Source: Selaginella moellendorffii (taxonomy: Eukaryota; Plantae; Lycopodiophyta). From it: DNA of 64,000 bases. A program made the position numbers and the translations under genes. The DNA is taken from positions 1,741,610-1,805,609 of the forward strand of contig NW_003314293.1 in the NCBI RefSeq assembly GCF_000143415.4, in the 5' to 3' direction. The notes under the pieces are model-generated. The model was not told the DNA's origin. It saw only the letters and a program-made list of their open reading frames with translations, and made no database searches. Below, piece by piece: positions 1-14,900 of this stretch (position 1 is the stretch's first letter; every line of letters begins with the position of its first letter).

Positions 1-3000
1 CTAATTTGACAATTACCAAAATCCCACTACACTAATATTAATATACGACATTGTAGTTGTACACTTGGCCCTCACATCATCCCCTCCTCTTGGAATAATG
101 GAAGACCATCAGGGTTCTCTTGTAGATGGGCCAGGATCTGGAGGAACGTCAAGAGGTGGCATCAATGGATCTGTAAGTAGTATTAATTGTTCTTGATCCC
201 TATGTATGAAGTGTTTCAACTGTTACACATGCACAATCTTTGGAGGATCGGTTTGCTAGACGTCATGCCAAACCTCATAAATTTGTGGTCCAACTTGCGG
301 CAATACTCGATACGATCCTTTCCATGGAGCAAGGAGCCTCTTAGATAAACCATATACTATAAGATAGGGAAAATGGATTAACACTAAGTCATCCATTTTG
401 TACTCCACAGGTGGATGATGATGGGAGTTGTAACACTGTTATTGTCCCACTTGTACATGGTTTAAGTGTTCGGCAGATTCTGCTCGGACAAGTGGAAAAA
501 TGCTCGTCAAATACTGATCCCATGACCTAACATTCGCAATTTGTGGCAATCGCAAAGGTAAATCCAGCTCCGTTGGTAATATTGGATCATGACCATATAA
601 GAGTTTATATGGTGAAGCACCAATAGAATTTTGTACCTCTGTGATATATGTATACCGAAAAGACGGCAAATAAACATCCCAATCTAAATGCTGAAAGTTC
701 ATATACTTCGCAATCATCCCTTTGAATGTTTGAACGAGCCGTTCCACCAAACCGTTTGATTGTGAATGATAAGCACTCATGAAAGTATGGCATATCCCCA
801 ATTGAGACGTCAAAACATGAAATGCCTCAACCATAAATGCGGGACTATTATCTGAAAGAATATGCTCTAGACAAGAATGCTAAAACACCACTTGATTAAG
901 GAGGAAGTATCCAACAGCAGTTGCAAAGGTGCTAGCAAAAGCAACAATTTCCACATAATGAGTCAAATAGTCAGAAGCAATAATAACATACTTATTGTTA
1001 ATAGTCAATCATGGAAAAGGTCCCATAAAATCAAATGCCACCAACTCAAATGGACAGAAAATTACAATTGATTTCAACCATCCTTCTGCGGTACGAAGAA
1101 GAGTATTACGAGTTTGGCATTAAACGTAGTTATGCATATATTGGATAACATCACGTTTCATCTCCGGCAAATAGAAGCTTCTAGGTCATACAACGATGTC
1201 CCATATGCCTGCCTAGAACAGGAGAATCATGGTAGGCATGGAGAAACCGTAGAATAAAGACAAAAGGCACCACCAGCCATAAAGGATCATCAGGATCTGT
1301 TCCCACAAAATAAATAAGGTTGTCTTTAAGGCGATATTGAGAATGTAAATGCCAGAATGGCAAATCATCAGCAAGTGATGCAGGATTTTTAAACCCATCT
1401 CGAAGCCTTCTAATCCACAGCTCAATCTTTTGAGCCTCACAAACCTCCTCAAGAGAAGGTAGATCTTGCTCTGCATCTTGTTGACATTGAACATCAAGTA
1501 TAATAACCATTAACGGCATAAAATTCTCGTCTAGAAAATCCATAAATGCTAGAACAACAAACTCATCAGAAACATGAAAAAAGAGTGGAGAAGGAAGAGA
1601 AGCTTGAAAAAGGGCATCAGCATCAGCCATAAAACTCCCAAAGTGATGAACATCATCAAAATCATATATTTGAAGCATCAAAGCCCACTAAGTAGTACGA
1701 TCAACCAAGTTCTTTCACTTCAATAATGAAGTAACAGCAGCATGATCACCTTCAAGTAATGTCCAAAAACCATGTAGATATGCATGAAGTTTTTTCGAAA
1801 CCTAAACTGTTGTTAAACACTTCTTTGTCGTGGAGTAGTTCACCTTCGCTGGTTGTAACATATGGTTTATATACGCAATAGGATGGTGCTGACTAAGCAC
1901 ACTTGGGCTTTCTTGCATCAACACACCTCCAATACCAATATCAGAAGCATTCACATGCAAAATAAAAGGTCGAGTGTAGTCAAGATATGCCAAAATTGGA
2001 GGAGTCGTCAATAGCTTTTTGAGATCCACAAACGCCCACTCACAATCTGTATACTAGATAAAAGATGACATTGATGACTTCAGCAATGCTCGCAACGGTG
2101 CAATGCGATCAAAAAGACGATCCACAAAACGACCGAGATACTGCATCTTGTCCAGGAAACACTGCACATCATTCATACACTTTAGAGTAGGGAACTTTAG
2201 AATAGCCATAAGTTTGTCAGGATCAATTTGCAAACCCTCATGAAAAATATAGTACCCAAGATAAGTTGTGTTTTTAGACCCAAACATACACTTCGACCAC
2301 TTCAGTTTTAAACCAACGTCCTGCAGCCAATCTAACACTTTACAAACATCACGAATGTGCTCCTCCCACATCCCCTTTGAGTGGATCATTATCAATGAAG
2401 TTAACAGTCATCTTTGGCATATCTCGTCTATCATCCACTGGAAAGTTGCTAAAGCATTGTTCAAACTAAATGGCATCACCAAGAACTTATATAAACCAAA
2501 CGGTGTACAAAAAGTAGTCTTAAGAATATCTTCTTCAGCCATCAGTACTTGCTAGTACTTAGAAGCAAGATATATCTTGGTGAACCAACGACTTCACCCC
2601 AAATGATCCAAGAGATCAGTAGTGTGAGGAAGAGGGTACACATCCGGAATCGTCACTTCGTTTAACAGATGATAATCGATACACAAACAAATACTCCCAT
2701 CAGGCTTCATCACAAGATGAGGTTCACATGCCCAAGAACTCTACAACTTCCGAATAACACCCTTCTCCAACATCTCCTTCATATTTGCATGTAAAATCTT
2801 GATCTCTTTGAGTGATCGATGATGAACATGAACCTTGATTGGATGCACATCCCCAGCTGGAATAGGATGACATGTGGCAATTTTGGCCCCAGACGATAGA
2901 TCAAATTCAAAGAGATAAGAATACTCCTTCATGAGCTAGTCAACCGCTACAACACAAAGATTGTCGAAAGGATCGAAAAAGAGAAGAGTAGAACAAGACA

Positions 3001-4857
3001 GAAACATAGGAGGAAGGAGTGGGGGGACAAAAGTAATGGAAGCAGAAGTAACAGCAAAAGGATGAAAAGGTATTGAAGTGAGAGGAATGGATAAAATAGA
3101 AGGAAATATGAGATAAAGGGGACAAGCCTCAAAGTCACACTTGGCATGATTATACTGCAACTAATCCATACTAAGGATGAGGTCAAAAGCTTGACTCGGC
3201 ACCACCCGCAATGATTGCAAACCAAGTTCAAGATTTTTCACACGTACAACTAAATTTGCTTCATCCCGTGCATATGCATGTGTATAGCCATTGCCATAAA
3301 GAATGAAAACTAGCTCCACTGTATGACGCAAGTGTAGATTGCAACATGTGGCAATGGGTCGAACAATAGAAGATAAACTTAAACCTATATCAACCAACAC
3401 GGAGAAAATAATAGGAGACCGCTTGTTATAAAAATGAGCTTGGAAAGTAAACACTGGATGAACTGGTGCTAAGGGAACTTTTTGATGATACTCCCTAAAG
3501 AAAGATGGAGGGGTCATTGACTTATTCGCGCAAGGTCCCTCTGTTACTTGCGCGACTCCTCATTTCCCAGATGCATCTCGGTGTCCAAACCTTTCACTAC
3601 AGTAGCACCAACAGAACATTGTTGATGCCAAGGTCTCCACCCAAGAAATAATGGCCGCCAACAATGTCGATAAGTGTGACCAACTTCATCACACACCCAG
3701 CAACGAACATCACGTCCACGACCACGGCCTTGCCTTTGTCCTTGAACTCGAGCAACAACAACATCAACCTCCATTGGAACAGGACCATCACCCATAGGAA
3801 GTGGAGCTGAATAACGTGCAATGAAAAGTGGAAAAGGTGATGTCTCATAACGTTGTGCCAAGCAAAGAGTATCGTCAAGGGTGGCGGGAGCAAATGCATG
3901 CACAAGTCCGACAAAATCTTGATGAATTGCTGACCATAACATTCCTAGCTTGATCCACTCCAACATATTTGGCTCCACATGAAGCAAAAAACTTAAAAAA
4001 TGAACACCAAATTACATCACTGACTCAGATGGCCCTTGGTGAAGATAATACAATTGTTGGAAGGCATCATCACAATCATTGGCATGTCCGAATGTGCGTT
4101 TGAAGACGTCCGGGAGAACACTCCAATCCTTACGAGTGGCTATACTCAAACCATTGTACCACTATAATGCCGTCCCTTGGAAACACGTGGGAAACTTATG
4201 TAAACATCAAGCATCATCCTAAGAATGATATGTAGCAATTACCATGAAATGATCGAACCAATGGTATACATCATCCCTAGAATTCCCACGAAAGAACTTC
4301 GGCCGAATGCAAGGATTGGCACCAAGAGTAGGAGGAGTTGTACCACATGCTATGAATGCCACTATCAATTAAGTTTGGTTGTTCAATTGCAAGCACATAG
4401 TATGAAGCAATTGTACCAATTGTTGCTCCAGAGTCAAAGGAGGAGATTGCTAATCTGCCATGAAGATAAATGATAAAGAAACAACAAAAGAAAAGAAATA
4501 ATAAAAAAACTAAAAGGAAAGGAAGATCTAGACAATGCAAAAAGCTAGATCTAAACCAATCATGAAAGGAAAGAACAAACGAAAGGAAATGGAAAAAGTT
4601 AGATCTAAACAATGCAAAAGCAAAATTTAAACTAAAATCCCAAATCCAAGGACAATCAAAAATGCCCCTCACCTCCACCAATGTGAGTGCATGGAATATG
4701 GAAAGGGAATATAGAAAATATGCATATCAATTAGCCCAAAAACCCTAACTTATATACAGGAGTGAGTGATCCGGATTGAAACCAATCCAGCAACTACCAA
4801 AATCCCACTATGCTAATATTAGTATACGGCATCGTAGCCATACACTTGGCCTTCACA
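1..4857 (-). mobile_element. Degenerate Ty3/gypsy LTR retrotransposon (gag-PR-RT-RH-INT; 3' LTR cut by window edge)
   Basis: Minus-strand ORF fragments: gag with VPMEVD and CWVCDEVGHTYRHC knuckle (3544-3987), protease VLVDIG (3161-3517), RT/RH (1802-2932), INT YHSQSNGLVER (439-834). 5' LTR 4682-4857 (TGTGAG..TTCACA on +) matches 1-76. PPT at ~77-92, PBS at ~4663-4680. Many stops and frameshifts. Confidence 0.92.
4682..4857 (-). repeat. 5' LTR (176 bp) of the gypsy element at 1-4857
   Basis: TG..CA termini. 4782-4857 aligns without gaps to 1-76. The adjacent minus-strand TGGTGGAGGTGAGGGG resembles a tRNA-Ala PBS. Confidence 0.88.
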
Positions 4858-5642
4858 ACTCCTTATTTTGGGGACAATAACGATATAATAATTTTTCATA
4901 ATATTGTGATAAGTTTATGTGATTTTGTTTAATAGAAGTTCTACATACATAGTTTGTTGTAGTGTAAATTATTCAATACTTCATATTTATCAGTTAAAGA
5001 AAGGGTGAAGTTGACAAATTTGGAGTTTTAAACTTTGGTTAAAGAAAATTTTAAATTTGAAGAAAACACTTTATAACTGTAACCACAAGCTTAACCTTAG
5101 TACTTGTCTCAAGAAATTATAAAAATAAGAAATAACAAACACGTGATGATTACAAATAATGGAATGCTATATTTAATAACTAGTATAAATACTAATTATT
5201 AAATAGCAAAATAATAATTTTTCTGTAAATTAGGTGATAACACAAAACCTTTATTAAATATATTGGTAGTTTACACAAATCTAAAAATTATTAAAATTAT
5301 TAATTTTGTTTAAAATACTTGTGTAATAAATCTAAAACCATAAAGGAATATTCTTTAGTGTACTAGAATATTCTAAGAATATTTCTATTAACATGGAACC
5401 TCACCCTTTACTACATGAGAAAAACAAAACATTAATGAGGGAGAAAAGAATGGATGCCATTACTGGCAAGGTTTGCAAGAGATGCAAAGCAGTCCTGGCC
5501 ACAACAACCTTTACAAAGGAAAAATAACTAAGCCTGCTCCCACTAAGAGAAGAGTGGTGTTCAATCTTGGGTGCATAGTGCATTTGATGAGTTTTTGTTT
5601 AAAATGTGCTTGTTGGAACTAAATTGATACACCATACAACCA

Positions 5643-5720
5643 GGGCAGGTAGCTCAGTGGTAAAGTAGTGATAAAGCACTTAACGCTGGTGTACAAGGTC
5701 TTGAGTTCAATCCTCAACAG
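5643..5720 (+). other. tRNA-derived Pol III head (SINE-like or pseudo-tRNA)
   Basis: A-box-like TAGCTCAGTGGT at ~5650 and B-box-like GAGTTCAATCC at ~5703. No convincing cloverleaf. Confidence 0.4.
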
Positions 5721-6297
5721 TGGTTTTCTCACTTGCTTGTTTCCCAAGGTTGTCCAAGATTTAGCAGCTATCTTAACTACAGATCATGTCTTATCTTATC
5801 TATCACAGGGATCGGAAGGGCTTTGCTTGTCATCATTCCTGCAAAGGTCTCAACCACTGGCTAACCTTGCTGGACGATAAAGCATTCAATTGCTCGATAT
5901 AATTTTTCTTGTGTCTTATTTTGCAATCAATTGTTCACATGCTGGAGAATGGTTTGTGAGTGATCAAGATCTGCTTGCTTCTCCCAAACGTCCTTTGCCT
6001 GTGCTCCAATACCATCTTAAACTTTGAGGCAGTTACACATTCTTCTCCCCTAACTACCACTTTGTATTTTCTCCATATAAATATTTACATGGTGTCCACG
6101 TTAGCTCGTGGATCCGATCTGGATATTTCTATTGCGCTCTCGTTGTAAATCTGGATGAATAGCAGTAGACAAAAAGTGAGAAGAGGCAAGAGTCCTCTAG
6201 AAATGGACAAGAGCAGATGAGCAAAGAGATTGCAGATGAGGAAGAGAGTACTGAAAAATTCACACCACGCAGCCTCTTATAAACCGGTCTAAGCCAG

Positions 6298-8087
6298 CTA
6301 AGCCCAGATTAGGACCTTAACAGGCCATCCCCACTTGAGGTCTCTGGTCCCTAGAGACTCCATATCAACGCTTTGAGTGAGCAGTTTTGGCAACTGATTA
6401 AGCTGCTCCACCATCATATAGAACAATGTGATGCTGGTTTGGAATTCCGATTTAAGGTAGCTCCCCATGGTGCTGTTTGAGATCCGATACATGGAGGACA
6501 TTAGTAGACGAGTTTCTGCTAGCAAGTCCAAACGGTATGCCAGTTTGTTGATGACTTGGAGCACTTGAAACGGCCCAAAGAAACGAGCCTGTAGCTTGGA
6601 TCTACCTTGGGCCTTCCATCCCAGTGTGTATCACTCAGGCCGTAATTTAGCATAAACCCAGTCTCCCACCTGAAATTCCTTGTGAGAGCAATGCTGGTCT
6701 GCATAAAACTGCATAGTGGCCCGTGCTGCTTCCAACCATTGCTTAGCCAACTCATGAGCTTTTGTAATCCCCCGTAAATGTTCCTCGGCATCCAATGGTA
6801 AAGAACCGTCCATAACTGTCCAAGGCAGTGAAATTTGCTGACCATATAAAGCCTGGAATGGTGACAAACTCCCTGGGGTGTGGCCTTAAAGATACGTTTT
6901 CATTGTTTGGTTTAACTTCTCTGTTTGGCCATCTGTCGATGGGTGGTATGCAGAGCTGAAGGTCAGCTTGGTCCCCATGACCTTAGAACCTGCTCAAGAA
7001 TCTAGAATCTTCGGAGATTATCTCTGCCGGAAGGCCATGATACTGTACAATTCCCAACCAAAAAAGCTCTGCCACCTTTCGAGCATCTGCTGTCGTTGCC
7101 AGGTCAATTACCACCATGATGGCATCAAAACCAGCAGCCTTCAATCCTGAGACAAAATCCATTGTTATTGATGCAAATGGAGCTTGAGCAACTGGGACGC
7201 TACTGTCTCTGTCTTGCACTCTCTTACCCAGCTTTACTTCCTCTGCATCCCGTTTCAATAGAACTGTCTCTTTATCACAGCCAATGTGCTTGTCATTCCT
7301 GGATGACTGGAGAGAAGACTAGTGTGGCACTCCCCAAAGATTTCTTTACGGATGTCTGATTGACTGCTAATGATGATTTTTCCCTTCCTCCACAGCAAGC
7401 CACCTTGAAGGCAATTTCTGGGTGCGTCTCATCTACAGATCCCGAGAGCCTATTGAAGAGGGGTCCCATCTTGTGATAGACTGGAGAGTTGGTGTCCTTT
7501 GCAAAAAGCTGAGCATTAGCTGCAAAGATAGCTCTCAANNNNNNNNNNNNNNNNNNNNNNNNNNNNNNNNNNNNNNNNNNNNNNNNNNNNNNNNNNNNNN
7601 NNNNNNNNNNNNNNNNNNNNNNNNNNNNNNNNNNNNNNAGATAGCTTCTCAACATCTTCGACAGAGCATCTGGAAGGATGTTTTTCTTCCTTGGCCGGAA
7701 GTCAATTGTAAAATCCAGAGCTTGCAGCTTCTTGATCAATCGTCTCTGTTTTTTGTTGAGATGAGTTTGCTCCAGCAAGTACTTTAAGCTGTAGTGATCA
7801 GTCTGCAATGTGAATCTCATTGGCAGCAAGTAATGTTGCCACTTTTCCACCATTTACTAAGTTGGCAGGCCAGCCTCTTGTGGAGAGAAGCAGTGACTCT
7901 CAAAGGCAATAATCCCATGTTCCTGCTTCAAAACCACTCCTGTTCGTGCATCTGAGGCATCTGTCTCCACAAAGAATGAGCGCTCAAAGTTGGGAAGCTT
8001 CAAGATTGGGGCTGTCAGAATTGTCTCCTTCAATAGAGAGAAGGTATGTTGATTTATCTCCTCCCATATCCATATGACCATGAACAA
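6298..8087 (-). mobile_element. Decayed Ty3/gypsy pol fragment (RH-INT), spanning a 100-N gap
   Basis: APILKLPNFERSFFVETDASD (RH), [38 protein letters not shown] and KLQARFFGPFQV motifs. Possible PPT and LTR start at ~6037-6052. Confidence 0.85.
7539..7638. other. Assembly gap (100 N)
   Basis: Run of N. The flanks AGATAGCTCTCAA and AGATAGCTTCTCAA nearly overlap. Confidence 0.97.
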
Positions 8088-9899
8088 TATAATTACAAAG
8101 TTACTTAGTTAAATAATGAATAACCTGATGGTGAAGTTAATTTATTTGCAAATAGTAGCATTGAATTAGTTTTGACTTGGTTCTCAATAGTGATCTATTA
8201 TATATTAAATTAGTGTTAATACCTTGGTCTTTTAAGAATTTGCCTATTAACATTCATTTACTATAGATTGTTAATTTGTCCATTAGCATTTGGAATAGAT
8301 TGTTGGATAGAAGGTGTGTAATTGGGGCATTAATATTGCTAACACTTGTATTAGTGAAAGTGGCAATGTTATGTCGAGTAATAAGGAGTTTCTTTAAAAC
8401 TTAATTTTTCATATCATTTTTTCTGTTAGTATTTTGGCTTCACATTAGATTTTGACAGTGATTAAAGAAGAGTGTTAATGCAATATGGATATCTAAAAAT
8501 ATGGTTTTCATAATCAGGTTTTTAAAGATGTTGATAGGCATGATATTAAATATTTACACATATAATTGGGTTATGAAAATTTATATTAAGGTGCATCTAT
8601 GTAAAGTTGTAGGTAGGAGGAAGTTGGTTAACTCTTGAAAATTTACATTCTTGAATTATGCTTTCTCTAGAATGGGAAATTTCTCCCAAATTTTTCTTAG
8701 ACATCTCCAATTGCTAATTTATTAATCATTTTTGCTTAAAAACTATTTTGGTTTTATGAGTCATCGCAAATTAAAGAAAGGGTTAAAATTGACTTTGGTT
8801 AGCTTGAACCTTAGTACATTGTTTATATAATGCAACTTTAAAAAGATGTTGACTTTTGGGGTTAAGACAATTAAGTTCGATAGATTCTATAGTGTTATGC
8901 TTCGTGGCATATTACACTTTGTATTGGATTAAACTCCATGAGAGTAGTGAACTTTCATTGATCTTGACTTCATTATAGTGTCTTTGCACCTTGGTTAAGG
9001 GTGGTAATGTCCAATTTAGTTGTTTGCGTTTAAAATGTTAATAATATAAGTTCATCTCATGGTCTTTACTTTAGTTTTGGCTGAGTGTTGATTATATTTA
9101 GTTAGCATCTTTAGCTATGCTCAGAGTTATTAGCTAGATGTGTTAATAAATTTATTGTTATTTTATTAGATTCGAGTAGTCATTTTGTTTATTATGCCTA
9201 AAGTGTTACCTTTTTATTAGACAAGTATATGACACAATGATGTGAGTTTAGTATTAGGGTTTTATGAAGGTTCTTGGAAACAAAGGGAAAACCTCATGTC
9301 CATCAGCCGTCCACAACTTGGAGGCTGGACTCATAGGCAAGCCTGCAAAGTTCCCACAAGTGCACCTCACTATCATCACAAATGCTCTCCATTAAATCCT
9401 AGAACTTACCTATCAGAAGTGCCAATGTGTGTCCAAGCCCTTATAAAAATAGACTTATAGGAGACATTTGACCCTTCCAGCCTTTGAAAACCTGTGAAGC
9501 TTTCTAAAGTGTCTACATTCTATTAGCAACTATGTTCAGGTGTGTTCATTGTGTGAAATTATCTCACTATCTGCAATCTTTTTGCTCATCTGCTCTTATC
9601 CATTTCTATAGGACTCTTGCCTTCTCATTTTTTATCTACTGCTATTTCAAGAGTCCTCACAAGTGGTATTGGAGCCTTCTGTTAGAAGGGGGGGATAGAG
9701 ACAATGAACTCACTCGGGGAGTGGGGATGGGTCGCAAGTGCAAGGAAATAAAGGGAAACATGGTTGAGTTTGATTTTAGGTCCTTTTAGCTTTACAGAAT
9801 TCTTTTGGTGGGGAATTCTTTCCCAACTCCTTGTACCTTGATGGGTAATAGATTTCATCCCTAGAACCACGAAAACCATGGATTTTGGGAAGAAGTTGC

Positions 9900-11960
9900 T
9901 TCTCATTGGTCAAGGAGCTATGGCCACGCTTCCTCCTCTAAGTGGAAAGCCAATCAGTAAAAGCTTTGATGGGCCTTTGCTGTGGATATAATTCCAACCT
10001 CCCTAGCTCGGATCTTTGGATGTCAAGGAAGAACATGGTGAGTCAATGTCTCTGCTTGTGGATCTTGTGGTGGGAAAATTGGTGGGCAAGCTTGATTCTT
10101 TCTTTGAGAAGATAAAACAAATTGCTTCCAAGCAAGAGGAGTTGGAGGCAATAATGAAAATGGTGTCTCGTGGATCATCTCCCTCAAGGTCTAGAGTAGA
10201 AGAGGAGTGCTTTCCATTTGCCGATGACAGTCCTTGGAATTCCTCCCTCAGAGGCACTTAGGAAAATAAAAGCCTTCTCCTCATTGGGTTTCAACGCTTG
10301 GAAGGTGCCACACCTAGAGTGAGGGTTTGCGCCATACAACTTCAAGCTAACAAACAGGGTGATTTGGTACTATGTGAACTAGACAAAATTGACAATGATC
10401 ATGAGGTGTTCTTCATGGAGGTTCACTCCCCAATGAGCAACATAATGGTGGATGAGGAGCCCAATCCTATAGTTCCTGTTCAATTTATGTTAGCTTCTCT
10501 TTGAGGAACAGTCTCACTACCAACTTTTATGGGCAAGGTTAGGCTAGAATGTTTCCATGTCCAAGGCAATTGTGTGGCTTTTGCATTGATTCAGGTCAAT
10601 TTATCAACAGGAAGTCTTTGGGGAAGTTGAAGCTTTTGCTAATTGATATAGCTCATCCTCTAGAGGTGGAGATCACTAATGGGGGAGTGATCAAGGCTAT
10701 CCAAAAGATTACTTGCACATTCACGTTAGGAGGATATATGGTCACAAGATCCTATTGGATACTAGACATAGGGGCAGTTGATATTATATTGGGAGTGGAG
10801 ACTCTATAGTAGCTAGAAGACATCACAGTCAACTTCCAAAAAAAACACTTAACCTTTGAGAAGGATGGTTGCACATATCATTGGATTGGAGTTAGACCTC
10901 ACCGACCTAGTGTAAACAGCTTATCTCTAATAGTGTGCAAGCTTGGTCTTATGACATATGTATTGGGCAACTTTCACCAAGTGGAGAGTGCAGTTTGGTG
11001 TCTTTAGAAGAGGATGATACTATGGCAATTGCACACAAGAGAAAAGAAGTCTTTTGTGAAGAAAGAAAGTTGCAACCAGCTTGCAAGGGAAACTTGGGCA
11101 ATGGGGTAAAAGAAGTACTATATGAAGAAAGCAATGACCACGAGCCTCAAAATGTCACAAAGGAAAAGAAGTTTCATTGGAGAGATTCAAAGTTGGTGAG
11201 GAGCAGGGCAGCTCTTTTGGGGGATATTAGCTGGGGGTAGTGAAAAATCTCAAGAAACTAAGGAGTTTGAGCCAGTTTTAGAAGCATTACAAAGCAATAA
11301 ATATTCTGAAAGCAATTTGTTAATTGTCTGAAAAGTTCCTAAAGGTCTTCCTTTGTAAGGTCTGTTCTAAGAGGTCAACACGCATAAGCCTTCAAGAGGG
11401 AACTTGGCCAAGTTGTCCATTCATGGGCCCCAGCAGGCCGGAAAGAGAGATGGTTGACAAAATGATTGACAAGCTAATGAATGATGGCATGATAGAAGAA
11501 AGCTCGAACCATTTTGCTCCCCCAATTATCATGGTCCTCAAACATGGAAAATTGTAAGTTAAAATTTAACTTATACTAAGTTGAATTTTCAAGACTTCAG
11601 TCTATACCTTTTGGCTTGCCACCATATTCTAAATCAAGCCTTCAAAACAGATTCATCATTATTTTCTTTGATGACAACAGGAATTTGGCTAAGCACCTGG
11701 AGTATTTAGAGATGGTGTTCAAACTGTTGGAGGAATTTTCACTCATTGCCAAGGTCTCCAAGGCATTTTCTTGCAACAGGAGGTTAAATTCGAATTGTAG
11801 GAGTCTTGCGTCCAGACCCAACCAAGCTCCATACAGTAGCTAATTAGCCAATTCTGACAACAAAGAAACAATTGCGAGCCTTCATAGGATTATGTAATTA
11901 TCTATACAAGTTCATTGAGCACTATGCTGCAATTGTTGCTCCATTGACAAAATTTTTGTG
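9900..11960 (+). mobile_element. Highly decayed Ty3/gypsy gag-PR-RT remnant
   Basis: FCIDSG protease-like motif and DIILGVE (10549-10809). RT-like SSNHFAPPIIMVLK, HLEYLEMVFKLL and TKKQLRAFIGLCNY remnants. Confidence 0.7.
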
Positions 11961-14900
11961 ATCATCAACTTTCACATAAGTATCATAATGACTCGATCAT
12001 CAATTGAGAAATACCACAAGCAACGCTCATATCACTATTATAAATATTGATGTAAATATCAAGTGCCAACTCGATTCAACAAAATGCAATATAAATGCCA
12101 TACCCCACTGATAAAGATTTATAACACCTAACACCACCCATTTCATTCCTAATATAGTCAAGGTCATATCATTCTCTTTCTAAAAAAACTCAAAATATTT
12201 AACACCAAGCTACTCAAGAAGCAATAGTAAGGTTTATGGGAAAAGAATTGAGTATTGCAACCCAAACCATCCAATAGTAAGCTTAAGCAAAATGGTTTAG
12301 TGCTTCACTGTTATTCATTCACGACTCACCATTTGTAAAATTATCATATTCAACATTCATTGAAATCGAGACTCTTAATTGCATGATGTGAACACGAGCA
12401 ATAAGATTATATCTTGTTGCCAAATAATCTTTCCAATAAGAGAAGATAATTTATATATTTGATCCTTCATCCCTAATGACTCCCTTTTTTATCTCAACTT
12501 TGACTAAACCTCAAATTTATTTTCACACTGCTTTTAGTTTAGAGAGCACAATAATGAATAGCTAATCCCCATAGTCTTTCATAATCATGCTTAGAAAAGA
12601 TCCACTAGTGCTATATTAAACAACTATGGACTAGCCTATCCACCACTCATAACAAACCTAAGGAAGGTTTATTTTTACCTATAGTAATATGAAACAACTT
12701 ATAGTAACCACCAATAGGCTAACATAAATCCTGCTAACTCAAAGTGTAACCTTGAGCTGCTAATGTGCTTAATTCACAAACCTAAGCACAAACTCATGCA
12801 AATAATGTAACAAAAATCCATCCTCAAGGACGTATGCAAAGCCATAATAACCAAATGTGTACCCACTCAAATCATTATTTTCATCTCTACATATGCAATG
12901 AGATTAATTGCCCAATTTCAAACGTATTCTTTGACACTAAATGCAGCATATGTGGTTTTCACCATTTACCTTATGGTGATTTATTATAGGATGGCTGCAA
13001 AGTGGAATATAAAGCCTTAGCCATGTGTCCATGTGAAGTGTACAGCCCAAAAAGCAAAAGGACAGATGCATAGAGTAACATTAAAATAGTTTTGGAGCAT
13101 CCAATATCCTAATGTCAAGACTAGCATACAAAACAAAGTCAAATAGAGTTTAGCCACTATTTTAGCATACTAGTGGCCTAATAAGTACTCCACTAGCTAA
13201 CATGGTATGGAACTTAAGCTTAGATTCAAGCTAGATGAAGAACAAAGATAAACATGCAAATGGGAGCTAAATTATATTTATGTTCTCTTTTCAGGCATGG
13301 AAAACATGAAAGAGCACTTGACAAATGGTGGTTTGTGGTGCATGAACCTGCCCAGGATGCTTGTGGGATGTGAGAAGTTGCATGCTAATAGAGATATCAA
13401 CTCTGGTCTTGATGCTCTCTTCACTAGAATCACCATGACTATCATGATTTGGAAGCTACATGTCCACTCATTCTTTTTAGGTGGATCTCATTTCTTCTTA
13501 CTAAACATGTTGCAGTACTTTGTGTTTGGGTGTTTCCAAGTGCAAGGATCTCTATATTCATCTCCAAGTGTCTACACCTCCCAATGTGATGGTTTTCAAG
13601 GATTTACTTAGCTTGTGATTCACTGCAGGAACTGATAACTATTGATAACACATGCTTGTGAGGTTTTACTCAACTTGGTTTTCACATTTCTATCATGCTT
13701 GAGGAGCGACAACCATGTTTGATTCTTTCTCTCCTAATGGAGTTTTTCACCACCCTTGAGTGGAGAATCAATATAAGAGATGTTTTGAGCTAAAAATTTC
13801 TAATTTCTTGCCTAACAAGAATTAAATGGAATGTAAACAAAGTCTATATTATTCAAAAGTGATAAATTAATATTAAATATTTATTATTATTTAGATTTAA
13901 TGTTTTAAAATCAGCAATGGTAAAGCTTTCTAAGTTTGGGCCGAGCATATTAGTTGGAATCAAAAGCTTTATCATTTCTTTGGTAGTAGGCTTTTGACAC
14001 AGGTTCATGTGCTAAAGAAAGCACAAGAAAGAGCAGGTTTTCTTTGATGCAAGGAAAAAGAATAATCTGTATTTACTAATTTTGTACCCATTTCCTACTA
14101 AATAATTTGAATCTGAAAGTATAGAAAGATAAAATTCTTGGGACTTCTTGCAGCTAGCTTCATTGTCCTAAATTTTATATATACTGTTTAAACAGAACTT
14201 CTAAATTAGAAAACAAAGTGACTTGAATTACAAACAACACAAAAATAAAAATATATTTCCTAAACTATCTTATTCAATTGATCACATTGAGCCAGACATA
14301 TATTGCTTCAAGGATCTCAACCATGATCCATTCCTTAGGCTTCCCAACCAAGAGTTGTGATGCTATTGTGTGCACCATGAGCATCATACAATACCTCATG
14401 TAGCTATAGAATAAATGCTTAAGATTATTTAGCCCATAGGTTTCAAATGCTCTACAACAATGCAATCTCAACAAATCCACTACTTCCAGATAAATGGATT
14501 CACGCAGCCAAAGAGAATTTTTGAAATGGTTAATTACTAGAGTGAATCTCCTAGAAGATACTCATAAGATGTAAGACCTCAGATGTTAGTGGAATATGCT
14601 ATTGAATATATTCTCAAATGAAGCTCCATCAAAATTTCCACTGCTGCCACCCCAAAACATGATGGGAATTGAGCTCTTAAGAGAGCTGGAATCTTTTGCT
14701 TTAGGCTAAAAACTTAAATATAAATTGTATAAGTAACATCAAATCATGATTACAATCAGATTTAGGAGTATCCTAAAATATACTTGAATATTCTGAGTAT
14801 ATGCTTTACAATGACACATTTAATTTATTGAGGCAAAAGATATTATTGGTTTGACTACATTAGAAACACAGTATGATTTACATTATCTGGTAACTAATGC

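Noticed and set aside
7520-7655. Missing sequence in the N gap
   Set aside because: The contig ends nearly overlap (AGATAGC(T)TCTCAA on both sides), so the gap is probably a scaffolding artefact.
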